A stretch of 64,000 bases of DNA from a virus. A program made the position numbers and the translations under genes. The notes under the pieces are model-generated. The model did no database searches. It had not been told where the DNA came from and saw nothing but the letters and a program-made list of their open reading frames with translations. The stretch spans positions 2,953 through 66,952 of the IMG/VR virus record IMGVR_UViG_3300010389_000010; one strand, written 5' to 3'. The first letter of the stretch is position 1. Every line of letters begins with the position of its first letter. Below, one piece after another: positions 25,581 through 34,337 of the stretch.

Positions 25581-25834
25581 TGGACTCCTACACCTTTGCA
25601 TTCTGGCTCTACATCTTCGGCTTCACCAGACAGGCTGTCGATTGCTTCAGAAACATCGACATGATCGAGGATCCACTCGAAGACACCCTGATTTTTCTTG
25701 GTGTCGGGCCCCGCTTTGGCGATGCGATCATCGGTATGTTGATAGCATTCCTCTGTTTCATTTGGCCGGTGATTGCGATCATCGAGTTCGTTGAATTCGT
25801 TCAAGATAACGGAGGCGACGATGAGCGTTCCTGA
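25580..25834 (+). CDS. Small membrane protein
   Basis: Coupled start; hydrophobic segments. Confidence 0.65.
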   Translation: MDSYTFAFWLYIFGFTRQAVDCFRNIDMIEDPLEDTLIFLGVGPRFGDAIIGMLIAFLCFIWPVIAIIEFVEFVQDNGGDDERS

Positions 25835-26399
25835 ATATCCCCTTCACTGGCCGGACTCCATGGCCAGGACGACGAAGAAAGCCAACTCACAGTTCAAGAC
25901 AAGCCTGACAAAGGCATTGGGCAACGTGAGGGACTCCCTGCAGCGTTTTTCAAACGACACAGGAAAGAAATTGGATGAGCTCTCGATCTCTTCGAACGTC
26001 ACCCTCGGCAACCAGCGTCCAACCGACACCGGTGTAGCTGTCTGGTTCATATGGGATGGCATGCAGGTCTGCATCGCAGTCGATCGATACCCAAAGGTCG
26101 AAGATAACCTGCAGGCAATCCATCACGTCATTGAAGCACGGCGAACCGAGATGCGGCACGGCGGCATTGAGATTGTCCGGGCAACATTCAAAGGTTTCCA
26201 GGCACTACCGGCGCCAGGCAAACGCCCATGGAGAGCGGTCCTTGGCATCGCTCCAGATGTTTCGGTCACCATGGATATGTTGAAGCACTTTTACAGGTCG
26301 GCAGCAAAGGTTGCCCACCCGGATTCAGGTGGCAGCGCGTCTGCCATGCAGGAAGTAAACGCCGCCTACCAGGAAGCAAAGAAAGAAATAGGAGCATAA
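25821..26399 (+). CDS. Phage protein with C-terminal J-domain
   Basis: YPLHWP N-terminus; WRAVLG...AKVAHPDSGGS...VNAAYQEA (HPD motif). Confidence 0.85.
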   Translation: MSVPEYPLHWPDSMARTTKKANSQFKTSLTKALGNVRDSLQRFSNDTGKKLDELSISSNVTLGNQRPTDTGVAVWFIWDGMQVCIAVDRYPKVEDNLQAIHHVIEARRTEMRHGGIEIVRATFKGFQALPAPGKRPWRAVLGIAPDVSVTMDMLKHFYRSAAKVAHPDSGGSASAMQEVNAAYQEAKKEIGA

Positions 26400-26401
26400 C
26401 C

Positions 26402-27592
26402 ATGATCATTTTTGAAAACGACGGGCTGATCAACGAACGCGCCATCCGCACCTTCGGCGTCAACGTGAAAGAGAACGACAGCGCCATTGGTTATTTCGGC
26501 ACCGGCTTGAAGTACGCGATAGCCATCATCCTGCGTGAGGGTGGATCCATCACGATCTATCGCGGCCGTAGAGCTATCAACTTCCAGACCAAGAAATCAG
26601 TCATTCGCGGCAAGCAGTTCGGGATCATCACCATGGACGGCCAAGAGCTTGGGTTTACCACCGATCTCGGCAAGGATTGGGAAACATGGATGGCCTTCAG
26701 GGAGTTGTACTGCAATGCCAAGGACGAAGGCGGCAGCACCTACAGCACCGGAGAGAAAACGGCCGGTGAAGAAGGTAAGACCCGCATTGTGGTTACTGGC
26801 GCTGGCTTTGAGGAACATTGGAACAACCGGCATAAGATCTTCCTGGCCACTAAGCCGATGGAAACCGTCCATGGCGTTGAGATCCACAGTGGCAAGTCCG
26901 ACTTTGCCTACTACCGTGGCATCCGTGCGCTGAAGCTTTCACGCCCAAGCCTCTACACCTATAACATCGTTGAGAAGATGGAGCTGACAGAAGAGCGGCA
27001 GATAAAATATCCGCACTATATGGACACCCACCTTCTCTTTGCTGCTTTGGATACAAGTTTAGAGCGGTACCTCTGTGACTTCCTGACAGCGAAGGAAGAG
27101 TATCTCGAGGCACACGTATCGTTCCACCATTCATCGAGTAAACCATCCGACCTATTCATGAAAGTGGTCAGCAGGTTTCGCGATGAGAAGATGGCATTCT
27201 CTGAAAGTGCGAGGACGCTTTTTGTCAAGTATGCAGAGCGCTATGCCGGATCCGGCAATGACTTGGTATTCCAGGCAAACTTCATCCAAAAGCAAACGAT
27301 CTACAACGCAGTTAAAAAAATCAACAAGCTTGGATTCCCCGTCACCGAAGGCGAGATCCGATGCGTCTCCGATATCCATGGCGACTATGACTATCGCCTC
27401 AGCAATGGCGTGATCAATCTCCATCAAAGGTGTCTCAACTACAAGGATGCCCACCTTCAGACGGTTATCCTGCGTGCATACTCAGAGATGATGGCTCCGT
27501 CAGGTCTGGCATGGCTTGCTGCCATGGTGATCACTGGAGATCTGACCGAGGCAGAAATCATAGCCAAGGGCCCAGAGGAAGACGCTGCTTAA
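26402..27592 (+). CDS. GHKL (HATPase_c-like) ATPase with permuted motif order
   Basis: FENDG, IGYFGTGLKYA, then AFRELYCNAKDE, then GKTRIVV. Confidence 0.7.
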   Translation: MIIFENDGLINERAIRTFGVNVKENDSAIGYFGTGLKYAIAIILREGGSITIYRGRRAINFQTKKSVIRGKQFGIITMDGQELGFTTDLGKDWETWMAFRELYCNAKDEGGSTYSTGEKTAGEEGKTRIVVTGAGFEEHWNNRHKIFLATKPMETVHGVEIHSGKSDFAYYRGIRALKLSRPSLYTYNIVEKMELTEERQIKYPHYMDTHLLFAALDTSLERYLCDFLTAKEEYLEAHVSFHHSSSKPSDLFMKVVSRFRDEKMAFSESARTLFVKYAERYAGSGNDLVFQANFIQKQTIYNAVKKINKLGFPVTEGEIRCVSDIHGDYDYRLSNGVINLHQRCLNYKDAHLQTVILRAYSEMMAPSGLAWLAAMVITGDLTEAEIIAKGPEEDAA

Positions 27593-27594
27593 CC

Positions 27595-28023
27595 ATGGCC
27601 ATCCAATTTACTCAGACTGATGTGAAGAGCGAAGCGTTCTCGGTTGACAAGCCGAAACGTAAGACCCGCGGCAGGCCGCAGGAGAAGAACGACAAGCACC
27701 GCGTATGGGTCAAGTCTCTTCCATCAATCATTACCGGCCAAAAGGGAGCGGTGGATCCTGCTCATATCTCCCGGGCGGACCAATCGGCCGGTAAGCCCGG
27801 GCGAGGGAAAGGCAAGAAGGTGGATGACATCTACATTGTTCCCCTCGCCCGTCACCTTCACGAAGAAATCGGACTCATTGGAGAGCCCCGGTTTGAAAAG
27901 AAATACGGCTTGGACCTGGTCAAGATGGCACAGGGATTTGCACTCAACAGCGGCGACGATGATGCGGCAATGAACATCATCCGCTGGAGTGTAAAGGCTG
28001 CTCAAAAAGCGAGGAAGTCATGA
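27595..28023 (+). CDS. DUF968-like protein
   Basis: HRVWVKSLP..ITG...AHI...GKKVDD..IVPL.RHLHEE. Confidence 0.65.
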   Translation: MAIQFTQTDVKSEAFSVDKPKRKTRGRPQEKNDKHRVWVKSLPSIITGQKGAVDPAHISRADQSAGKPGRGKGKKVDDIYIVPLARHLHEEIGLIGEPRFEKKYGLDLVKMAQGFALNSGDDDAAMNIIRWSVKAAQKARKS

Positions 28024-28178
28024 GCGACAAAAGGAAAAAACGCAGCAGATCCGGAGCAAACACGACCTGCTTCTATTGCGGCAAGAAATTGCGGGGCCAG
28101 AAGGGCCTCAAACATCACACACTCAACGAGCACCCTGGTCAGGAGATCAAGGAAATGCCGAAGGAACCAACACAATGA
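28020..28178 (+). CDS. 52-aa protein with a classical C2H2 zinc finger (below the ORF-track size cutoff)
   Basis: MSDKRKKRSRSGANTTCFYCGKKLRGQKGLKHHTLNEHPGQEIKEMPKEPTQ; ATGA overlaps with both neighbours. Confidence 0.8.
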   Translation: MSDKRKKRSRSGANTTCFYCGKKLRGQKGLKHHTLNEHPGQEIKEMPKEPTQ

Positions 28179-29005
28179 TCAACCGTGCATTTGGAAGAAT
28201 GGAAATCGTTTGCGATTCCTGTGAGGACGAGACCACAAAGAGCTACAGCACCGATGATTTTGACATCATGGTTGCCGACGCCAGATCGTCCGGATGGGTG
28301 ATCCAGCCCGTTGATGGTGGCGCCTATCATCACACCTGCCCTGATTGTCAGCGACAGTTCCACCGTAAGGCCAAGCCAGACACAAACCGTATGGTTCGGG
28401 CTGGATCCTACAAGAACCGCATGAATATGGTTGCGGTTCTGGCCACTGCCATCAATCTTGCCACGTTCTCACCCGCTCCAGCAGCTGACTATCTGCTTTA
28501 CAACGGCTTGGGATCTGCATTGCCATTCGTCGGCCGCGGGATGCGGCAGATCAAGTCCAAGATGATTGATGCAGGCTTTGAGGCCCGGGAATTCGCCTAC
28601 CTGACACCACTCGAGGCCAACTACATGGCCTGGTACCACGCCCAACACTTCTGCGATCTGCACCTGGAAGGAAAATTGACGCCGCCAATGGTTCTCGGTG
28701 GTCATTCCTACGGTGGTGAGATCATCGCCAAGATGGCGCGTCAGTTCCAGAAGTGCGGGATCTCGGTGGACTATATGTTCTTCATCGACACGCCAATCAT
28801 CTGGCCGATCGGGGATAATGTCGATCACATCGACAACTTCAGGGCAGGTTTCTCCATCCTCAACGGCCGTGTGAATCTGCAGGACGGTGTTGATGTTCCA
28901 ATCCATGAGTTCACCTATCCAACCGGTCACGTCACCGTGTCCTGGCTTGATACCGTGCACCAACGGATCCTTGAAATGGTTGAAGGCTTGGGAGATGCGC
29001 AATGA
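28175..29005 (+). CDS. Zinc-ribbon domain (CxxC...CxxC) fused to an alpha/beta-hydrolase-like domain
   Basis: CDSC...GW...HTCPDC; later GGHSYGG nucleophile elbow and FFIDTP. Confidence 0.65.
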   Translation: MINRAFGRMEIVCDSCEDETTKSYSTDDFDIMVADARSSGWVIQPVDGGAYHHTCPDCQRQFHRKAKPDTNRMVRAGSYKNRMNMVAVLATAINLATFSPAPAADYLLYNGLGSALPFVGRGMRQIKSKMIDAGFEAREFAYLTPLEANYMAWYHAQHFCDLHLEGKLTPPMVLGGHSYGGEIIAKMARQFQKCGISVDYMFFIDTPIIWPIGDNVDHIDNFRAGFSILNGRVNLQDGVDVPIHEFTYPTGHVTVSWLDTVHQRILEMVEGLGDAQ

Positions 29006-29214
29006 CGGGCAGAATTCGAAGCATCACGACAGGTGTTCCACTCAATCAGTCCAGTTCGTCAAAGTTCTATCGAGTCGGCGCAAATGGAGTGAGTAAGATC
29101 GTCGTTCGTGATGACAGGAACCTAACTTGGTTCGATGTTTATCAGGGGGATGACCTTTCTTACTCAGCAAACGCCCTCTGGGTGGCTGAAGTTCAATGGG
29201 AAGGCGCGTTATGA
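29002..29214 (+). CDS. Hypothetical protein
   Basis: ATGA overlaps at both ends. Confidence 0.7.
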   Translation: MTGRIRSITTGVPLNQSSSSKFYRVGANGVSKIVVRDDRNLTWFDVYQGDDLSYSANALWVAEVQWEGAL

Positions 29215-29798
29215 CTTGTATCGTGGGAATTAGAACGGAAACCGGTGTGATGCTTGGGGCTGACAGTCTTTCAGGCAGCTATCATGGCGACAAGCAACTT
29301 GTTCACACGGCAAAACTCGTCACCAAGAAAACAAGAACGGTTCATGGCGTCAGTCATGAAGTTCTTATGGGCTTTACCACCAGCTGGAGAATGGGAAACA
29401 TCCTTCAGTTCATGGATGATCTGCCACCACTTGATGGTGACGTGGAAAAATGGTTGGTCAAGGAGTTCGTACCGCTCATCAGAACAACATTCAAGGATGA
29501 GGGCTACCTGACGATAAACAACGGCGTTGAGTCCGGTGGAAACTTCCTCATCGGCGTGAACGGTGTACTGGCTGAGATCCAGGGCGATATGTCGGTACTC
29601 ATTCCGCGTGACCGGTACAGTTCTGTTGGGGCTGGAACTTACATTGCGATCGGCGCCATGCATACGGCCACTGCTCTGAAGCAAGGTGACAAAGAGATCC
29701 TGATGGCAGGACTGTCGGCCGCAGAGGCCTACAATCCACTTGTTTCCGGACCATTTTACTTCATCAAATCGGACTCTGCAAAAGGATCAGGGAAATGA
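29211..29798 (+). CDS. Ntn-hydrolase, HslV/proteasome-beta-like
   Basis: MTCIVG giving Thr1, GADS with Asp17, Lys34, SVGAG. Confidence 0.75.
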   Translation: MTCIVGIRTETGVMLGADSLSGSYHGDKQLVHTAKLVTKKTRTVHGVSHEVLMGFTTSWRMGNILQFMDDLPPLDGDVEKWLVKEFVPLIRTTFKDEGYLTINNGVESGGNFLIGVNGVLAEIQGDMSVLIPRDRYSSVGAGTYIAIGAMHTATALKQGDKEILMAGLSAAEAYNPLVSGPFYFIKSDSAKGSGK

Positions 29799-30121
29799 CC
29801 GACCTTGACAAATTAGCCAGTGAGTATGTTGATCAGGCCACCATCCTGAGTCGCATGCCCTGGCTGACTGCCAAGCGCATGTCGGCGTTGCGTAGTTCTG
29901 GTCTTCGTTTCATTCGCGGAAAGAAGGATACCTTCGTCTACCGGCTCAGCGATGTTCACGCTGCGTTGGAGGATGAGCTGTGTTCAGAGAAGACAACAGA
30001 TTGTGGGAATACCTTGGGAGATGGATCGGCCGAGTCGATGGAACAGAACGGCTCTATGAGTTCTGGTATGAGCCCGGAAGAAGAATTACTCGCCGCCGAA
30101 CACTTGGAACAACAGATCTAG
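29795..30121 (+). CDS. Putative excisionase/recombination directionality factor
   Basis: Small winged-helix-like ORF (LRFIRG...VYRLSDV) overlapping the integrase start. Confidence 0.6.
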   Translation: MTDLDKLASEYVDQATILSRMPWLTAKRMSALRSSGLRFIRGKKDTFVYRLSDVHAALEDELCSEKTTDCGNTLGDGSAESMEQNGSMSSGMSPEEELLAAEHLEQQI

Positions 30122-31104
30122 CGGAAGCCAAACGCCGCTTGGTCGAACGAGCGACGAAGAAACCAACACAAGCAGGAACACCGGACTTTGTGACAATGGT
30201 AGCAGTACAGGTATCATATTTGGAGAACCATCTGGCCGGCCGCCCGGCAGAGAAGGACGCGCGACGTGCGTTTCGCAATGTCAATGCGTTCATGAAGGCG
30301 AGATCTCCACGCAATGCAGCCTATCGAGTATCCGAGTTCGATCTGATTGCGCAACGGGAATTCATACGGCAGCAAAACCGATCACCAAAGACAGTCTCAA
30401 CAGAGCTGATCTATATTTCATCCGCCATCAAGTGGGCCGCCCAGGACCAGATCGTTGATGATGGTGCAGGTGAGCGGCAGATCCGCATACTCACTCACCC
30501 TATCACTGTGACCTGTGGCCCGGTTGACGTGGCAAAGATCATGGATGCTCCGGACCCGAAGCGGAGAGAATGGATCCCGGAACCATCGCAACTGTTCTCA
30601 TTCATCCAGTCCATACGGAAGCACGAGATGGCCTTCCGAATGACCGTGATACTGCTCAATACATGGTGCAGGAGACAGGTGGCTTTCGATTTCCACGATG
30701 GCATGGTCAACCGACAGCTTGGCGTGATCGATTTGAACCCTGAAGGACGCCGGCAGACCAAAAAGCGCCGACCGATTATAAGGCTCACCAGGAACCTTTC
30801 CGGATACATGGACCAATGGGGTGGAGGGACACCTGTTCGCTCACACACGGCTCAGCATTCAGAGATTACAGAGGCATTTCGCGATACCGCTCGATCTTTG
30901 CAACTGGATCTCCTGACACCGCATGTTTTGCGACACTATTGCGCGACACGCGCCAGATCATTTGGAGCCCCGGCTGACGAGATCTCCGAGTGGCTTGGGC
31001 ACCGCAGGCAAGGAAACACCGGGATATACCTGCACATGGATCCTGACTGGCTGGTGAAGACCAGGAATGCGACGGATGAAATAGTAAATGAAGTTGGACT
31101 TTGA
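29980..31104 (+). CDS. int: Tyrosine integrase
   Basis: GGAGG RBS with GTG start; TWCRR, TKKRRP, TPHVLRH, WLGH, TGIYLH catalytic motifs. Confidence 0.92.
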   Translation: MFREDNRLWEYLGRWIGRVDGTERLYEFWYEPGRRITRRRTLGTTDLAEAKRRLVERATKKPTQAGTPDFVTMVAVQVSYLENHLAGRPAEKDARRAFRNVNAFMKARSPRNAAYRVSEFDLIAQREFIRQQNRSPKTVSTELIYISSAIKWAAQDQIVDDGAGERQIRILTHPITVTCGPVDVAKIMDAPDPKRREWIPEPSQLFSFIQSIRKHEMAFRMTVILLNTWCRRQVAFDFHDGMVNRQLGVIDLNPEGRRQTKKRRPIIRLTRNLSGYMDQWGGGTPVRSHTAQHSEITEAFRDTARSLQLDLLTPHVLRHYCATRARSFGAPADEISEWLGHRRQGNTGIYLHMDPDWLVKTRNATDEIVNEVGL

Positions 31105-31115
31105 AAGGAAATAAG

Positions 31116-31559
31116 ATGCCAATTAGAACAGCTACCTTCAATTTTAAGGACAACAATTTTGTTGTTGTAAAATTCGACGATCAGACATGGTGGCGCTTGC
31201 GAAATGTCGGAGAGGCCTACACCGAAAGCGGATACTTTGCTGGAGTGTCAGATGAGCAACTCAAAAAAATAACTGGCATCGAAGATGTTAAGTCACTCAC
31301 CAAGAACCAGAGTGAATTACACTTATCCAAAACGCCTGGCAAAAAAGATAAGTACATTTCTGAAATCGCTCTATGCCAAGTCTTGTTGAAGATATTCAGG
31401 AACGGGATGCCTGATCTTTCAGACCTTATAAAAAATGCAGAATTGGCTCTCGAATCGGACGAAGCCTCAGAGATAGACCCCACTCATAACATATTGCAAA
31501 GAATAGAGGCTCTCGAACGAGAGGTCTGGAAGACGCCGCAGGAAATAAACAACGGATGA
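31116..31559 (+). CDS. AT-rich hypothetical protein, possibly Bro-N-like
   Basis: AAGGA RBS; FNF...VVV.FDDQTWW..RNV...YISE pattern. Confidence 0.5.
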   Translation: MPIRTATFNFKDNNFVVVKFDDQTWWRLRNVGEAYTESGYFAGVSDEQLKKITGIEDVKSLTKNQSELHLSKTPGKKDKYISEIALCQVLLKIFRNGMPDLSDLIKNAELALESDEASEIDPTHNILQRIEALEREVWKTPQEINNG

Positions 31560-31593
31560 TAGAAGGATTCAACTATCTCCACTCAATTAAACT

Positions 31594-31626
31594 CGCGACC
31601 AAGAACTTGGTCGCAAATTGGTCGCA
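31594..31626. repeat. Integrase arm-type sites (P arm)
   Basis: TTGGTCGCA at 31607-31615 and 31618-31626, plus an inverted copy with one mismatch at 31594-31602. Confidence 0.75.
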
Positions 31627-31718
31627 GTTTATCCTTTGTACGCAGTTGTTCTCATTCATTCTCAGGAGAGAAACCTTGAAATCATTCAATAAATCTATTC
31701 CGCAAGCCATGCCGACAC

Positions 31719-31776
31719 GTAGCGCACTCGCCTGGGGGGCGAGGGGTCGCAGGTTCAAATCCTGCCGTTCCGACCA
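31719..31776 (+). other. attP core: 3' 58 nt of tRNA-Pro(GGG)
   Basis: Anticodon arm CTCGC-CTGGGGG-GCGAG, T arm GCAGG-TTCAAAT-CCTGC, acceptor 3' strand CGTTCCG-ACCA; no complementary 5' acceptor strand upstream. Confidence 0.9.
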
Positions 31777-31825
31777 TCTTTTCAAACACTTATCCAATTA
31801 CGGGATTATCCCATATTTGCCGAAC

Positions 31826-31845
31826 TTGGTCGCACCTTGGTCGCA
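31826..31845 (+). repeat. Integrase arm-type sites (P' arm)
   Basis: TTGGTCGCA at 31826-31834 and 31837-31845, same 11-bp period as the left pair. Confidence 0.75.
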
Positions 31846-31854
31846 GGTGAGAAC

Positions 31855-33483
31855 ATGAACGCTCCCCTGAAGACGATCGACATAGATTCATTCGCTGGTG
31901 GCGGTGGCGCTGCGCAAGGCATCTTCATGGCGAAGGGTGTGGCACCTGCCATAGCCATCAACCACAATGAGACTGCTCTTGCCATGCATGCGGCCAACCA
32001 TCCTGAGTGTATCCACCTGGTGGAAAACATCTGGAAGGTGGAGATCGAAACCCACACCAACGGCAAGCAGGTTGATATTCTGTGGGCATCTCCGGACTGC
32101 CGGCATTTCTCCAAAGCCCGGGGCGGGAAGCCAACCTCAAAGTCTGTTCGTGGCCTTGCCTGGTCGATCGTCCGGATGGTCCACGATCTCGGCCGCAAAC
32201 GCCCTATGAAGATCTTCCTGGAGAACGTCGAAGAGTTTCTGACATGGGAGGACTTTGATGCCTGGTCGAAAGAGCTGCGCCGGTACGGATACAAGATGGA
32301 GCACCGGGATCTACGGGCATGTGACTATGGTGCTCCGACAATCCGCAAGCGCCTATTCATTGTCATGCGCCGAGATGGCAAGCCAATCAAATGGCCAGAG
32401 CCAACACATGGTGCACCGGACAATCCTCTCGTTATCTCCGGAGATCTCCAGCCATGGAGAACTGCGGCCGAGATCATCGACTGGTCAATACCTTGCCCAT
32501 CTATCTTCGACACCAGCGAAGAGATTATGGCTAAGTATGGAGTCCGCTCTATCAGGCCACTAGCTGAGAACACACAGAAGCGGATTGCAGCCGGCATCAT
32601 GCGGTATGTAATCAATGCCCAAGAACCGTTCTTTGTCAGCTATGGGCAGCAGGGTGGAGCCAACAGATCTGCATTTGATCCCATGCACACTGTGACGGCA
32701 TCTGCGAAGGACACGAACTGCATCGTGACGCCTACTCTGGTAAATGTAGCCAACAGCAAAACAACCGGCAGAGGGCCAAATACTTGGTCAGTAAATGAGC
32801 CTGTTCGGACAGTTACATCAAACCCCGGATTTGCCGTCATCTCCCCTCAATTAATCCAGATGGGATATGGAGACAAACCTGGGCAAAAGCCGCGTGTGCT
32901 GGATACAGGAAAGCCTCTAGGAACCATCACGGCACAAGGCAACAAGTTCGCTTTGGTCGCCGCATTCCTGGCTCAACACAATACCCAGAGATCCGGAGTA
33001 AACCCTGGCCGCCGTGTCGATGCCCCGATGTCAACCATCACCGGCCGCGGGACACAGCAACAGGTGGTTGCCGCTCACATGATCAACATGAAGGGCGTCA
33101 AGCGGAGTGCCTATTCGATCGAGCAGCCGCTCACCACCATCTGCGCAAGCACTGTCCATGCCGGCGTGGTGGCAGCGTTCCTGACCAAATACTACGGCAC
33201 TGACCAGGATCCGGATCTCCGCGCACCACTGCACACCATCACCACCAAGGATCGCTTCACGCTTGTCGTGGTTCACATCAATGGTGACCCCTATGTCATG
33301 ACGGACATTGGTATGCGGATGCTGACGCCCCGGGAGCTGTTTCTCGCCCAGGGCTTTCCACCAAACTACATCATCGATAGCGGTGCCGACGGGCGTGTGA
33401 TCACCAAGACTGAACAGATCCACAAGTGCGGCAACTCTGTACCGCCGCAACTGGTGGAAGCAATTGTGAGGGCGAACCCATGA
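31855..33483 (+). CDS. C5-cytosine DNA methyltransferase with a long repetitive variable region
   Basis: DSFAGGGG, WASPDC, ENVEEF, RKRLF, RMLTPRE...AQGFP, CGNSVPP. Confidence 0.93.
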   Translation: MNAPLKTIDIDSFAGGGGAAQGIFMAKGVAPAIAINHNETALAMHAANHPECIHLVENIWKVEIETHTNGKQVDILWASPDCRHFSKARGGKPTSKSVRGLAWSIVRMVHDLGRKRPMKIFLENVEEFLTWEDFDAWSKELRRYGYKMEHRDLRACDYGAPTIRKRLFIVMRRDGKPIKWPEPTHGAPDNPLVISGDLQPWRTAAEIIDWSIPCPSIFDTSEEIMAKYGVRSIRPLAENTQKRIAAGIMRYVINAQEPFFVSYGQQGGANRSAFDPMHTVTASAKDTNCIVTPTLVNVANSKTTGRGPNTWSVNEPVRTVTSNPGFAVISPQLIQMGYGDKPGQKPRVLDTGKPLGTITAQGNKFALVAAFLAQHNTQRSGVNPGRRVDAPMSTITGRGTQQQVVAAHMINMKGVKRSAYSIEQPLTTICASTVHAGVVAAFLTKYYGTDQDPDLRAPLHTITTKDRFTLVVVHINGDPYVMTDIGMRMLTPRELFLAQGFPPNYIIDSGADGRVITKTEQIHKCGNSVPPQLVEAIVRANP

Positions 33484-34337
33484 CCTCTATCGACACAAAC
33501 TGGAAAATCAAAAAAGTCTACTCAGATCCCGCCAGGTACAAAGACTCCGTTCGGTTCGGTATGGTGACCAGCAAGCGCATTGCCGAAGTCGCCAACAGGG
33601 CCCTTGAAGAATCCTGGAAGGAGGATCTCGAACGACACAAGGCCAACACCCCTATCCTTGATGGCAACAGGATAAAGCAGAAGAAAATTGTGGATCTCAT
33701 GGCAGACATCGGCATGCCCAAGAATTACCGGAAGCCAAAGAAATCACGATCCATATACACAAAATACGAGACAGTTGAGGCTGGATATATATCGGATATG
33801 AAACGTGAGTTTCCGATCAGCGATGGGTTCGAATTGGCAGAGTGTCGATACAATGAGCTGAAGAATACCTTTGATGCCTACGCGGCACAGGCTGAAGTGG
33901 ATGCCGAACAAGATGCGAAGCTTCGAGAACAGGTCCAGAAGAACGAACTCGACCGGCAGTTCAAGGAACAGCAGAAGGCGCAGCTCATTGTCCGGTACGG
34001 ACTCGATGAAACCAGATTGTGGGATTGGGATGACATCCTCAATGAATTGAGGACCAAAGACCAGCGCCTGGATCTCGCTGTTGCCATGCTCCTGACACGC
34101 GGCGACTGGAGCCAAGGTTATTATCGTGTCTCTGACGCCATGAAGCGCTTCACTATCAGGGATGATACCGACAAGGAAATCATCACCGACATCGTCAGTT
34201 GCTTTGATGGTGATGATTGTGACGGCCGGGTCTTCAGAGACACCACCTGGAATTACGACAGACTATTCTCTGAAGCTGCCGACAAGCAGCTCTCAGAGGA
34301 TATTCAACTGGCGATTAGCAATGGAGATGGGGAATGA
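33480..34337 (+). CDS. Hypothetical protein
   Basis: ATGA overlap; long open frame. Confidence 0.8.
   Translation: MTSIDTNWKIKKVYSDPARYKDSVRFGMVTSKRIAEVANRALEESWKEDLERHKANTPILDGNRIKQKKIVDLMADIGMPKNYRKPKKSRSIYTKYETVEAGYISDMKREFPISDGFELAECRYNELKNTFDAYAAQAEVDAEQDAKLREQVQKNELDRQFKEQQKAQLIVRYGLDETRLWDWDDILNELRTKDQRLDLAVAMLLTRGDWSQGYYRVSDAMKRFTIRDDTDKEIITDIVSCFDGDDCDGRVFRDTTWNYDRLFSEAADKQLSEDIQLAISNGDGE

Noticed and set aside
7342-27592. C-terminal Ala-Ala ClpXP degrons (7342-7827 KMAA, 12333-12620 SNAA, 26402-27592 EDAA)
   Set aside because: A two-residue signal in Ala-rich proteomes cannot be separated from chance by eye
31700-31776. Complete tRNA-Pro gene
   Set aside because: The 5' acceptor strand and the first half of the D arm are missing, and the fragment is flanked by integrase arm repeats, so it is an attP core
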